Shown here: one piece after another, positions 34,875-47,559 of the stretch | Numbering within the stretch: position 1 is the first letter of the stretch | Layout of the letters: each line of letters begins with the position of its first letter | From: Tubiluchus corallicola | Taxonomy: Eukaryota; Animalia; Priapulida | Assembly: GCA_030141605.1 (NCBI GenBank) | Contig: JAQGDQ010001294.1 | Span: forward strand, 1-49,158 | Direction of reading: 5' to 3' | DNA: 49,158 bases | Position numbers and translations under genes: made by a program | Notes under the pieces: generated by a model | The model's database searches: none | What the model saw: only the letters and a program-made list of their open reading frames with translations | What the model was told of the DNA's origin: nothing

Positions 34875-35185
34875 TGCACACGTCTGCACCAGGTAGAGAA
34901 AGTACTGTCACTCAGTTTGTTGTCAGTTGTCATGTGTTTACCGTGAATGGATCAAGCTTGAAGTGCGACAATTTAGGCTTTTGGTAAGCAAAAGAATAAT
35001 ATTTTTTGTATAGGATTTGATCAAGTTTATGTATAAACTTTCATATTTTTGTTTGCTTAAAATTACAATTACTAATTACAACATTGAAATTACATATGTT
35101 TGTTTCGTTTTACACAGTATTAAAACAATGGCTAAAAATTTACTGAAGCAGCACCCCCGGTAATTTTAACTACGAGCCGTTACTG
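34875..35185 (+). mobile_element. 5'-truncated copy of the MITE at 44085-44506
   Basis: High-identity colinear match to about 44193-44506 (aggtagagaaagtactgtc...gtattaaaacaatggctaaaaattt); ends in TIR tacgagccgttactg. Confidence 0.85.
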
Positions 35186-36383
35186 TTATTGTCTGATAAC
35201 TTACAGAAGAATAATTTATATTAATTGAAAGAACTGCTAAATAAGCAATTAATGCATTTTAGAGTGCACAGCAGTGCATTGCGATGCACCGTACTGCACT
35301 TCGTGGCATGATACGAATTAGCGTAACACACCACAACACTGCACCATGTTGAGCACCAATGTCAGCGTACTCAGTACTACACTGTTCTGTACTGTATGCT
35401 GTATCAGCTGCTAACAACAATTTGCATTAAACGGTACTGAGAAGTAATGCCTGATAAAATTTAGAGCATGTCAGAATGCAGCACAGCTCTGCATTGCAAT
35501 GCATTACACTGTACTGAACTTTAGAGCGACATACTACTCAGCATGATGAGGCACTGCACTCTCTTGCGCAACATGTCACACTACACTGCAGTACAACACA
35601 ACGTACAATGCAGCTCCCATTATCACGTATCAGCAGCAGTATGGCACTTGTATAACTTTTACCGTGTCCGTTGCAACTGCAAGGCTTAACAGCTAGGCTT
35701 CAGGCAACTTTTACCCTATTTTCTGGGAAAACTTATTTTCTTTTGGCAATACCCCCGTTGCTTCGCAATATTTTCAAGCATCTCAGACAGTTATGCATTG
35801 TGAGCATACTTGGTGCTAAAGACGTCTTGCCCAAGGGTGTAAGCTATTGCCCGGGTACAAACTTTTGAATGGGACATTATCACTCTTTATGACATCAATC
35901 AGTATTCGCTAAATTGCCTTGTAGAGCTGTCCATAAATTTGTGAAACCTGAAATACTAGTAGTAAACTAGTATACCTGTTGCCTATTTAGTGTGTTCTAC
36001 AGTATAGGAATTTTCTTTTTGCCCGGTTTAAGTATTCGAAGGTTAGTACGAAGACAGTTTGTGTGACCTATTCTTGAAACTGCAGAAGTGATGTGTGCTT
36101 ATCAAATGAGTCTATTAAAAATAAAAAATCGGTCACTTTTTCTGTGTTTACGTATATCTATGATAGGAACAGTGGGCATTTGGCATACAGATGTCTAGTG
36201 TAACAGCAATAGTAACTTGGATCTTCGATTGTAAAGCTATACAAACTTTTAGTACTTGCGCAGCAATTTCAGGTGAAGGCGACGGAAATGTTGTAAATAT
36301 TTTTGGTTTGGAAATTTATGAATAAAGCTTCAGATACTGCCAGAAAGAGAAAAAGAACTTTATAGTCGTTGAACACAGTTGTG

Positions 36384-36852
36384 ATGGGCGTTCTGCGACG
36401 ATGCATGAGGCGCAGAAGCGTTGACGATGACGACAAGAACATTGTTCGCCTTCGTAGAGAATTCGGCGTGTTTCGTGGAGTTGCTATTATTGTTGGTAAC
36501 GTCATTGGAACTGGTATATTCATCTCTCCCAAAGGTGTCCTCCTGCACTCTGGGTCGATTGGAGCTTCCCTCTGCGTATGGGTAGCTTGTGGGGCCTTCT
36601 CGGTTCTTGGCGCCTTGTCGTACGCTGAAATAGGGGTGACCATCCCGAAATCTGGAGGCACCTTCACTTACGTCCACGAAGCATTTGGTTCTGTTGTGTC
36701 TTTCTTATTTATTTGGACAGATCTGGTTTTAAGGAGGTCCATATCTCAGAGTATTGCAGCTCTTGCAGTGGTGAAGTACATGTTAACTCCATTTTTTGAC
36801 ATATGTCCAATACCTAGCGTAGCCGTGAAATTATTTGCCGTTGCCGTTCTGG
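36384..36852 (+). CDS. SLC7 coding exon 1
   Basis: TM1-TM4; donor G|gtgagt; the start could also be the ATG at 36405. Confidence 0.9.
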
Positions 36853-39800
36853 GTGAGTTTTTTGTTATTGTCAATTCTATTTTAAATTACTTGATGTTCC
36901 ACATTCTTCCTAAAATACATGTCTTTCTTTGGTATATTTACTTTGGCAGCTGTTCTTTACCAGATAGTCGTGTTTCCACACTGTAATGGTTTACTGGAGA
37001 CTGTTTGCTTAGCTGCTATCTTCAGATACTTTTGAAGATGATAGCTTCGCAAGCAGCACGTCAATATTGTAGCGATGCTGTCACAATATTTTTGCAAATA
37101 TGGATACCATATAGGAAATGTGAACTTGCCGCAAAAATTGTACCAATATTTTTTATAAATGTGTGTAAACCATGTGTTTGCAATATTGGACGACAATATT
37201 GTACAAGTACTGGACAAAAATATCCTATATTGTAGCAACACGGTGACAATATTTTCCGAGCATACTTTTTACAAAATCCTGACAAGATTGTGACCACATG
37301 CTGCCAGAGTCACGCTGGACGCGCTGGAACGCTGCCAAAGGCTTGACAAGGAAGTATATAGGTCAATAGTAACCTTTTGACAGCCCTCTAAGTGTATTAA
37401 ATGCCATTTTTTTATTGCACAAGTTACTGAGAATTCATCTTACTTAGTACAGCAGGTGTTTATTTTTACAAGGTGTGTAATATATATATAGTTATATATA
37501 TAACTTTATTTCCGACATAAATCACTAAACACTCGAGAATGAACGAAAAAGAACCGCGAAGGAGCTGCTAACGTTTAAAGGGGAAGAAACGGCTATTTTA
37601 AATCATGTCCCAGAAAACTTTCCATACAAATTTATATTACTTAACATTACACTTACCTGCTCGAAAAACTTGTGTAACTAGAAAAGAAAATTCTCAGTAA
37701 CTTAAAACGTTTGCACTACCTGATAAAATGTCACTGACTCACCTTCCCAGTTTGCACCACTGGTTCACCAAAAACATATTTTTAATCTTATTGACACTAC
37801 ACAATATTTTTTCAGTTAGTTAGTGAAAAACGTGCGACGAATCCTCTGACCATTTTTTCAAACTTTACGCAAAGTTATCAAAATTTGTTTCAAACGACCA
37901 ACTGTCAAAAGTCCTTGGCCTAACGGTCATCGCTTGAGTTTAATTTTTCAAGTTTTATGCTGATAGTACAAATTCTTGTACAGTATGTACAGTAGGAGAT
38001 AGTAAGACAGTAGGAGACCGTAGTAGTAGAACAGTATGTAGGAGATACAAAATTTTAAGGCGATTCTTCAAGATTTATACAAATTGTGCTTGTGCCTTAA
38101 AAGGAAACAACAAGCAGTTAGTAAATACATTACAAAACTCACCACTAATAATAATAATGTATTTCGCTGTTACGCCAAGAAGTCACGAACCTTTTTAAGA
38201 GTGTACCTTCACTACCAACAATTTATGGACTATGTGAGCACGCTTGATACGTTAGGTAAATGGACGTACTAAGAATACAGTAAAGTAAACTTTGTCAGTG
38301 TGAATATGCTGCAGCCTCCTGAGTTTGATTATGTTCTTGTAAATTTCTTAGCATGATTAAGTTTAAGGAATTCGTCTAATTATAATTAGGTTTAAATGTA
38401 CCAGATCATATTCAAGTAAACCCTTTCAACATGCTTAGGCTTCTGCAAAAAGCATTGGTGCTCCTCTATTCACGAAACTTTGGCTATTCCTTGTTGCCTT
38501 CTGATAGGTGTTTAATATTTTCATTAAATTTTAAGTTATTTTACTATTTTTGTCATTTTTGAGAAGCGAGTTGGGCAAGAAAGTAAGGACTAATTAAAAG
38601 AAACTTTTGCTGAAAACTTATAACACTGTAACGGTTTACCGAATATTGCCTGCTTGAATGATTTATTGAGACTGCTTTCATGAGTCAGCAATCAGCATAC
38701 CGAAGTTTGCGCAAAACTTCGTAATGCGATCAAGTATCTAAATCAATCAGCCTAAGATTTAAAGCACAAAAAACATTTTTCATAAATAAAGCCTAATCAA
38801 GAATCGTCTTGAAAATTTGAATCAACTGTATACCCTTTTAGTGCATACAGCGCTTGAGTTACCAGTGAATCTTTATGGAATTAGCAAAATTTAAACTCTC
38901 GTAATGACCGTTAGGCGCAGCCATTTTAACGGTAGATCTTTTGAGACAAGTTTGAACAACGTTCCCTAAAGTTTAATCAGAGCATTCGTAGCACTTCTTT
39001 GCTATCTAAAGAAAAGTATAATTGCTTTATATTGTCAGTATAAGATCAATAATGTGTTTTTGGGATAGTGGTGCACACTGGGATAGTGATATAGCAACGT
39101 TTTAACGATTGTTAAATTACTAATTAATTAATTACTGGCTTTTGAACAATTAAGTCTACGACTAGGTAACATAACTTTGCATAGAAAGTCTTTTCGGTAT
39201 ATACTTCGAAATACATTCTTTTCACAGTTAAGTAAATAATGTCAGTATGGTTATTGCTTAGATTCAAGTAAATAAACCAAACGTGCTTGGATTGAAAATT
39301 TTGAATTTTCATTGTTTTCTATCAATTATCAGATTCAAGTAAGTCGACTCAGCGTACTTAGATTCAAGTACTTCACACTAATGTACTTGGATTCAAGTAA
39401 GCCATCTCAACGTGCTTAGACTTAGGTAAATCATCTTACAATGCTTATATTCAAGTAAATCGTCTCAATATCATTTTGACATGATTAGATTCAAGTAAAT
39501 CATCTCATGTGCTTATATTTAAGCTAATCGTCTCTATGTTCTTAAATTTAAGTAAATCATCTTGCCATGCTTAGATTCGAGTAAAACATCTCATGTGCTT
39601 AGATACAAGTAAATCATCTCATGTGTTTAGATTTATGTAAATCGTCTCAATGTTCTTAAATTTAAGTAAATCATCTTGACATGCTTAGATTCGAGTAAAA
39701 CACGTGATACAGCTTAGATTCAAGTACATCATCTCATGTGCTTAGATGCAAGTACATCATCTCATGTGCTTAGATTCAAGTAAATCATCTCATGTGCTTA

Positions 39801-42800
39801 GGTACAAGTAAATCATCTCATGTGCTTAGATTCAAGTAAATCATCTCATGTGCTTAGATACAAGTAAATCATCTCATGTGCTTAGATACAAGTAAATCAT
39901 CTCATGTGCTTAGATTCAAGTACATCATCTCATGTGCTTAGATACAAGTAAATCATCTCATGTGCTTAGATACAAGTAAAACATCTCATGTGCTTAGATT
40001 CAAGTACATCATCTCATGTGCTTAGATACAAATAAAACATCTCATGTGCTTAGATTCAAGTAAATCATCTCATGTGCTTAGATACAAATAAATCATCTCA
40101 TGTGCTTAGATACAAGTAAATCATCTCATGTGCTTAGATACAAGTAAATCATCTCATGTGCTTAGATACAAGTAAATCATCTCATGTGCTTAGATTCAAG
40201 TAAATCATCTCATGTGCTTAGATACAAGTAAATCATCTCATGTGCTTAGATTCAAGTAAATCATCTCATGTGCTTAGATACAAGTAAATCATCTCATGTG
40301 CTTAGATACAAGTAAATCATCTCATGTGCTTAGATTCAAGTACATCATCTCATGTGCTTAGATACAAGTAAATCATCTCATGTGCTTAGATACAAGTAAA
40401 ACATCTCATGTGCTTAGATTCAAGTACATCATCTCATGTGCTTAGATACAAATAAAACATCTCATGTGCTTAGATACAAGTAAATCATCTCATGTGCTTA
40501 GATACAAGTAAATCATCTCATGTGCTTAGATACAAGTAAATCATCTCATGTTCTTAGATACAAGTAAATCATCTCATGTGCTTAGATACAAGTAAAACAT
40601 CTCATGTGCTTAGATTCAAGTACATCATCTCATGTGCTTAGATTCAAGTACATCATCTCATGTGCTTAGATACAAGTAAATCATCTCATGTGATTAGATA
40701 CAAATAAATCATCTCATGTGCTTAGATACAAATAAATCATCTCATGTGCTTAGATACAAATAAATCATCTCATGTGCTGAGAGTCATGTAAATCGTCTCA
40801 AGTTTCTTAAATTCAAGTAAATAACCTTGACGTGCTTAGATTCAAATAAACCATCTCACATTTCTCAAGCAAAATTATCGTAACGTTTATAATCAAGTGT
40901 GTTTCAAACAAACATGTTTTTACGATATATCTGCACATAATGTTTGCTATATTTTTGCAGCACTTCTGGGAGTAGTGAACGCATGGAGTGTACGATGGAC
41001 AGCACATTTACAGAACATAATGTTCTATGTGAAAGCAACTTTACTAGCCTTGATCATCACTCTGGGAATAGTACATCTCACAAGACCTTCGGGAGCTGAA
41101 AGTTTTCAGGACCCTTTCCAGGACACCACAACCTCAGCTGGAGAATTTGGACTGGCAATGTACAATGGGCTGTACGCCTACGCAGGATGGTAAATCGTTG
41201 AAAACATAGATTTTCTGTACATTCGTCTATTTACAGTTTTTAACAGTGGTAGCTAAATTAAAACAATTCTCTGTTCAAATTTTCACAAAACGGCAAAGTT
41301 ATAAAGGTTTAAACTAGTTCACATCAATAAATTTTGTATTCGGTGTCAGTAAAATACATTTGATAAGGACGAAAGATACGATGGAATCTCAGTAAAGCAT
41401 CCAAGGTGCCCAGAGAGTGGTATAAGAATGGGGAGTTTGGTTCAAAGGTCACAATCATAGGAGCCAAAATGTGAAAATTACTTTATCGCGGAACTCCTCT
41501 TAGAGTATTGCATTAGAAATTTATGCTTTTGCATTTGTAGCTAGTCTGGTAAGGGTAGAGATGCAGTAAATATTTTAAATATAGTGGGGTGTCCAAGTCA
41601 TGTGACCCAGCTGAAAGGGTCAAAATGAGATCATGCCAATCATTCCAAAAGTAAGAAAGCTAGCATCGCGAAACTTGTAGCACAAACAACTGAGATTCAA
41701 AGCTTGTGAAAGTGGTGATTCTATTTTGTTTTTAGTTCACAAGCTTTGTCTTGTAGTCGTGCCTGAACAATCAACGCTACATTCGTCACCAAAATTACTT
41801 GTCTTTATCTTTGTATCAGCAGAGAGTCCGACATTCAAGAGAAAAAGAGAAAGGAGGAAATATTATGTTCCTATGTCTGTTATTTGTGCCTCCAAGCTAC
41901 AGCCTTTTAAACGAAAGAGTTGACATTTTAATTAAAAAGGATTACAATCTATACAGCAAATTAACTAGTGAAATTAGAAGATATGCTATTGTGAACTTTT
42001 CTGCACTGTCTGCTATTATGGAGAACAAACATGCATTTGAAATTTGTCAAGTTTTGGAAACTTCTCTTTGCCATTCACTTAAATTAAAATATCAAAATAT
42101 CAAAATATCGTACTTTTTCTATTGTATAAAGTTGGTACAAGTATTTTAATTTAAATACTAAGTGACCCACTTGTGATCAAGTCTTAACAAAAAGAATTAT
42201 GGACTGTAAATTTTTATTAATTTTCTGCTGCTCTGGTTTTTGTATCATTCATTATATTTATAGTCGATAAACTATACTACTGTAATTGCTAAATAGTTCA
42301 CGGATTTACTAAAGTTTAAAAGCAGGGGTTGCTTTGCCCCTGGAGATGACGCCATCTTCCATAATATCGGTGAAGCGTTTGTTGAAGAGATGCTTGAAGG
42401 GAATAATCCACTGGTCTTTTTTCGTTTTAGGGAAGGTTTGAATAATGCGTCAGAAGAGGTCAAAAATCAGAGGAAGTAAGTAAAATACAGCGATTTGATC
42501 TATTGGATATAGCAATGCTTACTACTGTGAAGCATCTCAGAAAACAACTCAGGGCTGGAATTCTTTTCTTTGGCATAACTTTATTGTACAGTATGAAAGA
42601 TCTCTAGTAGAAGGCTTGAGCTCAAGACTAAGACATAGGCCTTTTTCCATTAAGATTGCGCCATGTTCTTTGTATGTCTGTACTCTCCCTTTTACTTAAG
42701 TATGCCCTTTTACTTACATATAGGCCCGCTTATGCTTGATAAAGCATGCTTAAACCAGCTTGCAATGTTTTACTAAAATCATTCTTGCTTTCTACTGTAA

Positions 42801-45800
42801 GTTTTCCTATCTGACTTTACAAGTAAACAAAAACAAATATTCAAAATAAACGCTTTGCCCAGAGCTGGAGAACCTGTCCTTTCCATTTTACTTTCAATTT
42901 CTGTAACGAGAAAATAGTTTTAATTGCTTTTATTTGATAAACTATGTAAGAACTCGCTCTGAGTATGCAGACGACAATGTTCGTTTGCTGTAAGATAATA
43001 ATGGCTCCTTCACTTTCAGAACCTTACCTCTAGCGATCTATATATCAATCACTTTTGTCACTGTGGCCTACACGTTAGCCAATGTTGCTTATTTTGCCGT
43101 GATGGGTAAAGAAGGAATGCTGAGCAGTCAAGCAGTAGCAACAGTAAGTAAAGTCGTTAAGACGTTAAGGCGTTTTCATACTTAGCAACGACTGAAACGT
43201 ACATGATACGCAAAAATTTGGCAGACAGTTTTTTTGTTAAAATTCTCCAGAACGTTTGGGTGTTGTGCGTTTAAGGTGAAATGGTGCTACCAGTGGTCAA
43301 AGTCACGCCTATTACTTTCGCCATTCCCCGCAGACAGAAATGATTAAAATATAAGCAAACGCATGTGGCTGTAATACGATCCTAAACATACGCTAGAAAT
43401 AATTTATTCTCAAGACCAAGGAGTAGTTTTTGACTTAATACTGAGTTTTATACCTGCAGGCAAGACAATAAGCAGTTTCAGTGAGTGGTTGATGATGATC
43501 GTGAAAAGGTCAGAGGTTAAGTGTGAATATGTATACGTATTTGTGTACACTCAGCAGCGCCTCGCAATCAAACCTGTTGTAAAAGTAACAGTTTTAACAA
43601 CTAGCTAGAACCTTACCAAGTTCATTTTGTTCTTGTTTCCAATAAGATCCTGCTAGTAAATCGCCCTACGCGCAGACTAATGGATAATTAGGCAAAGTCC
43701 ACGTAAAAAACTTAACGCACTGAACTGGTGCGGCAGTCCGGCTTTGCTTTACCCAAATGTCACATGACAGTTGTAGTTAAGACGTGTTTCCGTGGTACAC
43801 TTAACCGTTGTCCCGCATCAACTGTGCGTGTGCACAACGAGCCTGTGAAAAGGCTTATTAGCTTGTCCAGACGCTAAATATAATATTATACGTTTTTTCA
43901 GACATTTGCAGAAATGACAATTGGATCTAGTGTGTCATGGATGGTACCAGTGGCCGTGATGTGTTCAATCATTGGCTCATTGAATTATAACATCTGTAGC
44001 AGTAGCAGGTATGCATGCTAAACTGTAGGGGACAGTTTAGTTCAATAGAGGCTCAAAGTCTGTTGGACAAAAAGTTCCCAGGGGCAGTGGCGGCTCGTAT
44101 ATATGTACTGTGGAACAGCAACTCCTCCCCCTGTTTTTACTCCGTGTTATCGATAATATTCAATATAATAAATCTTTTTTCTTAGACACGGCCATGCGCA
44201 CATGTCTGAGCCTAGGTAGAGAAAGTACTGTCGCTCACTCAGTTTGTTGTCAGTTGTCATGTGCTTACCGTGAATGCATCAAGCTTGAACTGCGACAATT
44301 TAGGCTATTAGTAAGCAAAAATATATTTTTGTTTAGGATTTATCAAGTTTGTGTATAAACTTTCGTATGTTTATTTGTTTAAAATTACAGGTACAAATTC
44401 CAACATTAAAATTACATATGTTTGTTATGTTTTACACGGTATTAAAACAATGGCTAAAAATTTCTGAAACAGAACACCCACTAATTTTAGCTACAAGTCT
44501 CCACTGGGGCTCAAGATCATAATTGCAGAAAGACAATACATTAAAGTTTTGTGTATCTTCCATTAATCGCTGTTAATGTCATATCTGAAAAGTATACCCA
44601 GCTCGGGAATTGAACTTTTGGAATTGATGTTCAGTCAAACTTTATGGCCATTCACCATTCGAGATTCTGATACAATGCTCTCTTGTCCATCAAATAATTA
44701 ACATATTTTTACAAGTAGAAAATTGTACTGAATGCTTGTTCAAAAATATGCATCCAACATGTCTGCAAACAATTGACGATCATTGAGTTGCCTTTGCCTT
44801 TAATGCGAGGGACCTCACATCCAAATAAGTGAACCAGAATTGAGTGAGAATTAAAGCGGTAACAGTCAGTTGAAAAGAATTCATGTAAATGGACTGAAGA
44901 TGGAAAGGTTACACAGAGTTTGTTAAAACTAAGATAAAATATTATAAAGAGTTTCCTTACAAAGCGCCTCTGTTAAAAGACTCTAACATGTATATCCGTT
45001 TAGAAGAATAAGTTTAAGAATATAATTTTTTTACAGAGTTTACTTTGTGAGTGCTAGAGATGGCGGCCATCTTCCCTCTATTTTTGGAATGATTAACGTG
45101 GACAGGCTGACTCCACTTCCAGCTTTAATACTCAATGTAAGAGTGTGCCGTTGTTATAAATGTCATCATTGTAGCTATGTTATCATTGGAATTGATGGCT
45201 ACAGCATCTTGGTCATTCTCGTTGTTTTCGTCATTTTATCATTTTCATCATCTTCTTCATCTTCATTTTCTTCATCATCGTCATTATCTTCTTCATCTTA
45301 TCATCATCTTCTCTACCGCCATCGGTGTCTTTATCATCATCATTATCATTATCATCATCATCTTTATCATCATCTTCATTTTCATCTTCATCTTCATTAT
45401 CACCTTCATCATCTTTATCGTCATCGGCATCTTCATCCTCATCGGCTTCATCATCTTCATCTTCATCATCAGCTTCATCACCTTCATTTTCTCCACCATC
45501 TTCATCTTCTTCATCATCTGCATCTTCATTATCATATTTTCCCCCATCAATGCATTACCAGTGTCAGTTACAGTTACAGCTTTGTCGTTCTAAATGCTTC
45601 TCAACCCACGTCTCGTGCTTATCAAATTTAATCTTTTTCGGTCATATTAAATTTTAACATAAAATTTGTTCATGCCAAATTAAAAATTGCGTGTTTTTTT
45701 AGTGTGCTGCCTCCGCAATAGTGCTGGTGCTTTTCCGAGACAACATTTACATGTTAGTCAACTATTACAGTTTTTTACGTTGGATTATGGCAGGGAGTGG

Positions 45801-47061
45801 TGTAGCAGCTCTCATCTGGCTGAGATTTCGTCAGCCTGACCTCCCACGACCAATCAAGGTAAATGCTGAGAGCTTAATTAACCAAAATCAATATCAGTTA
45901 TTCCAGTTATTAAAAGCAGAAGACAACCCTTATCAAAAATAAAGCGTGAAAAATCGTCTTGAAATTTTGTATCATTTACATGCTGTTCTATTGCATGCGT
46001 GGCTTGCGTTAGCTGTAACGCTGTATAAAAGTTGTAGATTTAAACACCGCGTTGACATACTTGTAAATTTAAACTCCGCGGTGATCGTTAAGATCGGTCA
46101 TTTTAACGGTACGTCTTTTTGAATACACTTGGATAAGATTTCGTAAATTTTAAAGAAATAACCAGGGCATTCGTAGCCCACTCTTCACAAACTAAGCAAA
46201 AGTTTAAATTGTTTTGTATTGTCAATGAGATCAATACTGTGCTTTTTTGGTGAATAAATGGTTCACACTGGGAGCACTGTTTTACCAGTTGGCACAAACA
46301 TGTTAAATGATTAAGAATTTTCTTTCCCAAGTCTTTTAAATGGGTAAGCTTAATGCTAAGCAGTATATAATTTTGTATGGAAAGTTTTATGGGATATATC
46401 TTAAAATGCCAATTTCTTTGCCTTTAAATGTGACACTAACAAAGGCAGCGAGCCAGTTAAAATCTTTATGCAACAGATATAATCTTACTTTTTAGTTCAT
46501 ATTAATGCACTTTTAATCATGCAAATTATATTGTAACCCAGGCGTACAAAGGCAACAGATACAGTCTTACTTTTTAGTTCATATTAATGCACTTTTAATC
46601 ATGCAAATTATATTGTAACCCAGGCGTACAAAGGCAACAGATACAGTCTTACTTTTTAGTTCATATTAATGCACTTTTAATCATGCAAATTATATTGTAA
46701 CCCAGGCGTACAAAGGCAACAGATACAGTCTTACTTTTTAGTTCATATTAATGCACTTTTAATCATGCAAATTATATTATAACCCAGGCGTAGTTTTACA
46801 GCTAATAATTAGTTACACGTGAACTCTTAATGTTGTTATGTCATACTCGTAAAATAATAATAGAAATTTATTGATTTTTTCAGTATCCCATTGCAATCCA
46901 CATTGTTTTTCTACTGATCTGCGTGGCATTGGTAATCATTCCAGTCTACCGTCAACCCCTCGATTCGTTCATTGCCATATGCTTTGTGTTGACCGGGTTA
47001 CCAGTCTACTTTCTCCTCGTGCGCAACCGTAACAAACCAACATGGTATTATACCATTTTAG
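36384..47061 (+). CDS. SLC7: SLC7 L-type/heteromeric amino acid transporter light chain (LAT/y+LAT/b0,+AT-like), 3'-partial; join(36384..36852,40961..41189,42431..42475,43020..43143,43902..44008,45037..45136,45703..45858,46884..47061)
   Basis: 8 phase-consistent GT-AG exons. Motifs: IIVGNVIGTGIFISPKGVL, ALSYAEIGVTIPKSGG, PFFDICPIP (Cys at the heavy-chain disulfide position), GLYAYAGW, EEVKNQRKTLPLAI, SSRVYFVSARDGHLP, TPLPAL, LRFRQPDLPRPIK, TGLPVYF. Terminal exon not identified. The symbol is family-level only. Confidence 0.92.
37740..37985 (-). repeat. Dispersed repeat family copy A (inverted relative to 38780-39100 and 45935-46290)
   Basis: Reverse complement shares tgtcaataagat...gtggtgcaaactggga and other blocks; boundaries approximate. 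Confidence 0.65.
38780..39100 (+). repeat. Dispersed repeat family copy B
   Basis: Shares aatcgtcttgaaa, aaatttaaactc, cattttaacggta, gcattcgtagc and cacactggga with 45935-46290. Confidence 0.7.
39330..40850. repeat. 28-bp minisatellite in SLC7 intron 1; homogeneous core about 39710-40790 with degenerate edges
   Basis: Unit tgcttagat[a/t]caagtaaatcatctcatg. Confidence 0.97.
40961..41189 (+). CDS. SLC7 coding exon 2
   Basis: LLGVVNAWSVRW...YNGLYAYAG(W). Confidence 0.92.
42431..42475 (+). CDS. SLC7 coding exon 3 (45 nt)
   Basis: ttttag|G GAA GGT TTG AAT AAT GCG TCA GAA GAG GTC AAA AAT CAG AGG AA|gtaagt. Confidence 0.88.
43020..43143 (+). CDS. SLC7 coding exon 4
   Basis: TLPLAIYISITFVTVAYTLANVAYFAVMGKEGMLSSQAVAT. 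Confidence 0.92.
43466..43860. mobile_element. MITE in SLC7 intron 4; same family as 19526-19907
   Basis: Right end aaaaggcttatta; shared blocks such as aagatcctgctagtaaatc and agtaacagttttaaca. Confidence 0.75.
43902..44008 (+). CDS. SLC7 coding exon 5
   Basis: TFAEMTIGSSVSWMVPVAVMCSIIGSLNYNICSSS(R). Confidence 0.9.
44085..44506 (+). mobile_element. MITE, about 420 bp, in SLC7 intron 5
   Basis: TIRs cagtggcggctcgta / tacaagtctccactg (12/15); GGG on both flanks; second copy at 34875-35185. Confidence 0.8.
45037..45136 (+). CDS. SLC7 coding exon 6
   Basis: VYFVSARDGHLPSIFGMINVDRLTPLPALILN. Confidence 0.92.
45235..45540. repeat. Degenerate (CAT/CTT)n low-complexity tract
   Basis: Seen directly. 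Confidence 0.92.
45703..45858 (+). CDS. SLC7 coding exon 7
   Basis: CAASAIVLVLFRDNIYMLVNYYSF...LRFRQPDLPRPIK. Confidence 0.92.
45935..46290 (+). repeat. Dispersed repeat family copy C
   Basis: Colinear with 38780-39100. Confidence 0.7.
46470..46792. repeat. 82-bp tandem repeat, about 4 near-identical copies, in SLC7 intron 7
   Basis: ggcgta recurs at 46541, 46623, 46705 and 46787. Confidence 0.96.
46884..47061 (+). CDS. SLC7 coding exon 8
   Basis: YPIAIHIVFLLICVALVIIPVY...LTGLPVYFLLV...; donor G|gtaagc. Confidence 0.9.
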
Positions 47062-47559
47062 GTAAGCGTAATTCAACTGGACTATGTCTGAAGTCCTCGA
47101 TAACTGTAGTTAAACAGCTGAATAAATTTAAGTTGACACAATTTTTCTGTAATCAGAAAGCTTTTATCCCTCTACTCTATTGGGAATAAAAAAGTTGTTT
47201 CTTTTTTGACGAAGGGCATTTCTGTGTTTGTCTGATTAACTGTAATTCATTTGATCTATTTGAACATTGAGGAGAGGGATTGTGCAGATGGCGACACTTG
47301 TGACACTGTGGCAGTGACAAGGTAATATAAGCGTGGCAGGGTATCTAATATATATTGAATTCAATCAATGCTTAAAGTGTATTTATTTAGGTAAGTGGTC
47401 TCACGGCGAACAGAACAAGAAACAGCTTGGAGGTTTGGGGAAACGTTATAAGCTGCCGTAGTAGGGCCCGGGGCTTATATTTTCCTTGATTTAGGCTTTA
47501 AAGACATTTAATGGTCGAAAAAAGATCAGTTTAGTAAGCAATTTTTCTTCATCCGTTTT

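Noticed and set aside
36269-36677. Minus-strand ORFs of 132 and 105 aa
   Set aside because: Antisense shadows of SLC7 exon 1.
39330-40850. CRISPR-like appearance of the 28-bp array (also the 41- and 54-bp arrays)
   Set aside because: Units are head-to-tail with no unique spacers, there are no cas genes, and the context is eukaryotic.
45137-45657. His-, Ser-, Ile- and Met/Lys-rich ORFs
   Set aside because: Low-complexity intron 6 of SLC7; the real exon ends at the donor at 45137.
47391-47461. Possible SLC7 terminal exon (GKWSHGEQNKKQLGGLGKRYKLP*)
   Set aside because: Phase fits, but it does not resemble the conserved LAT C-terminal helix; the true exon probably lies beyond the window.
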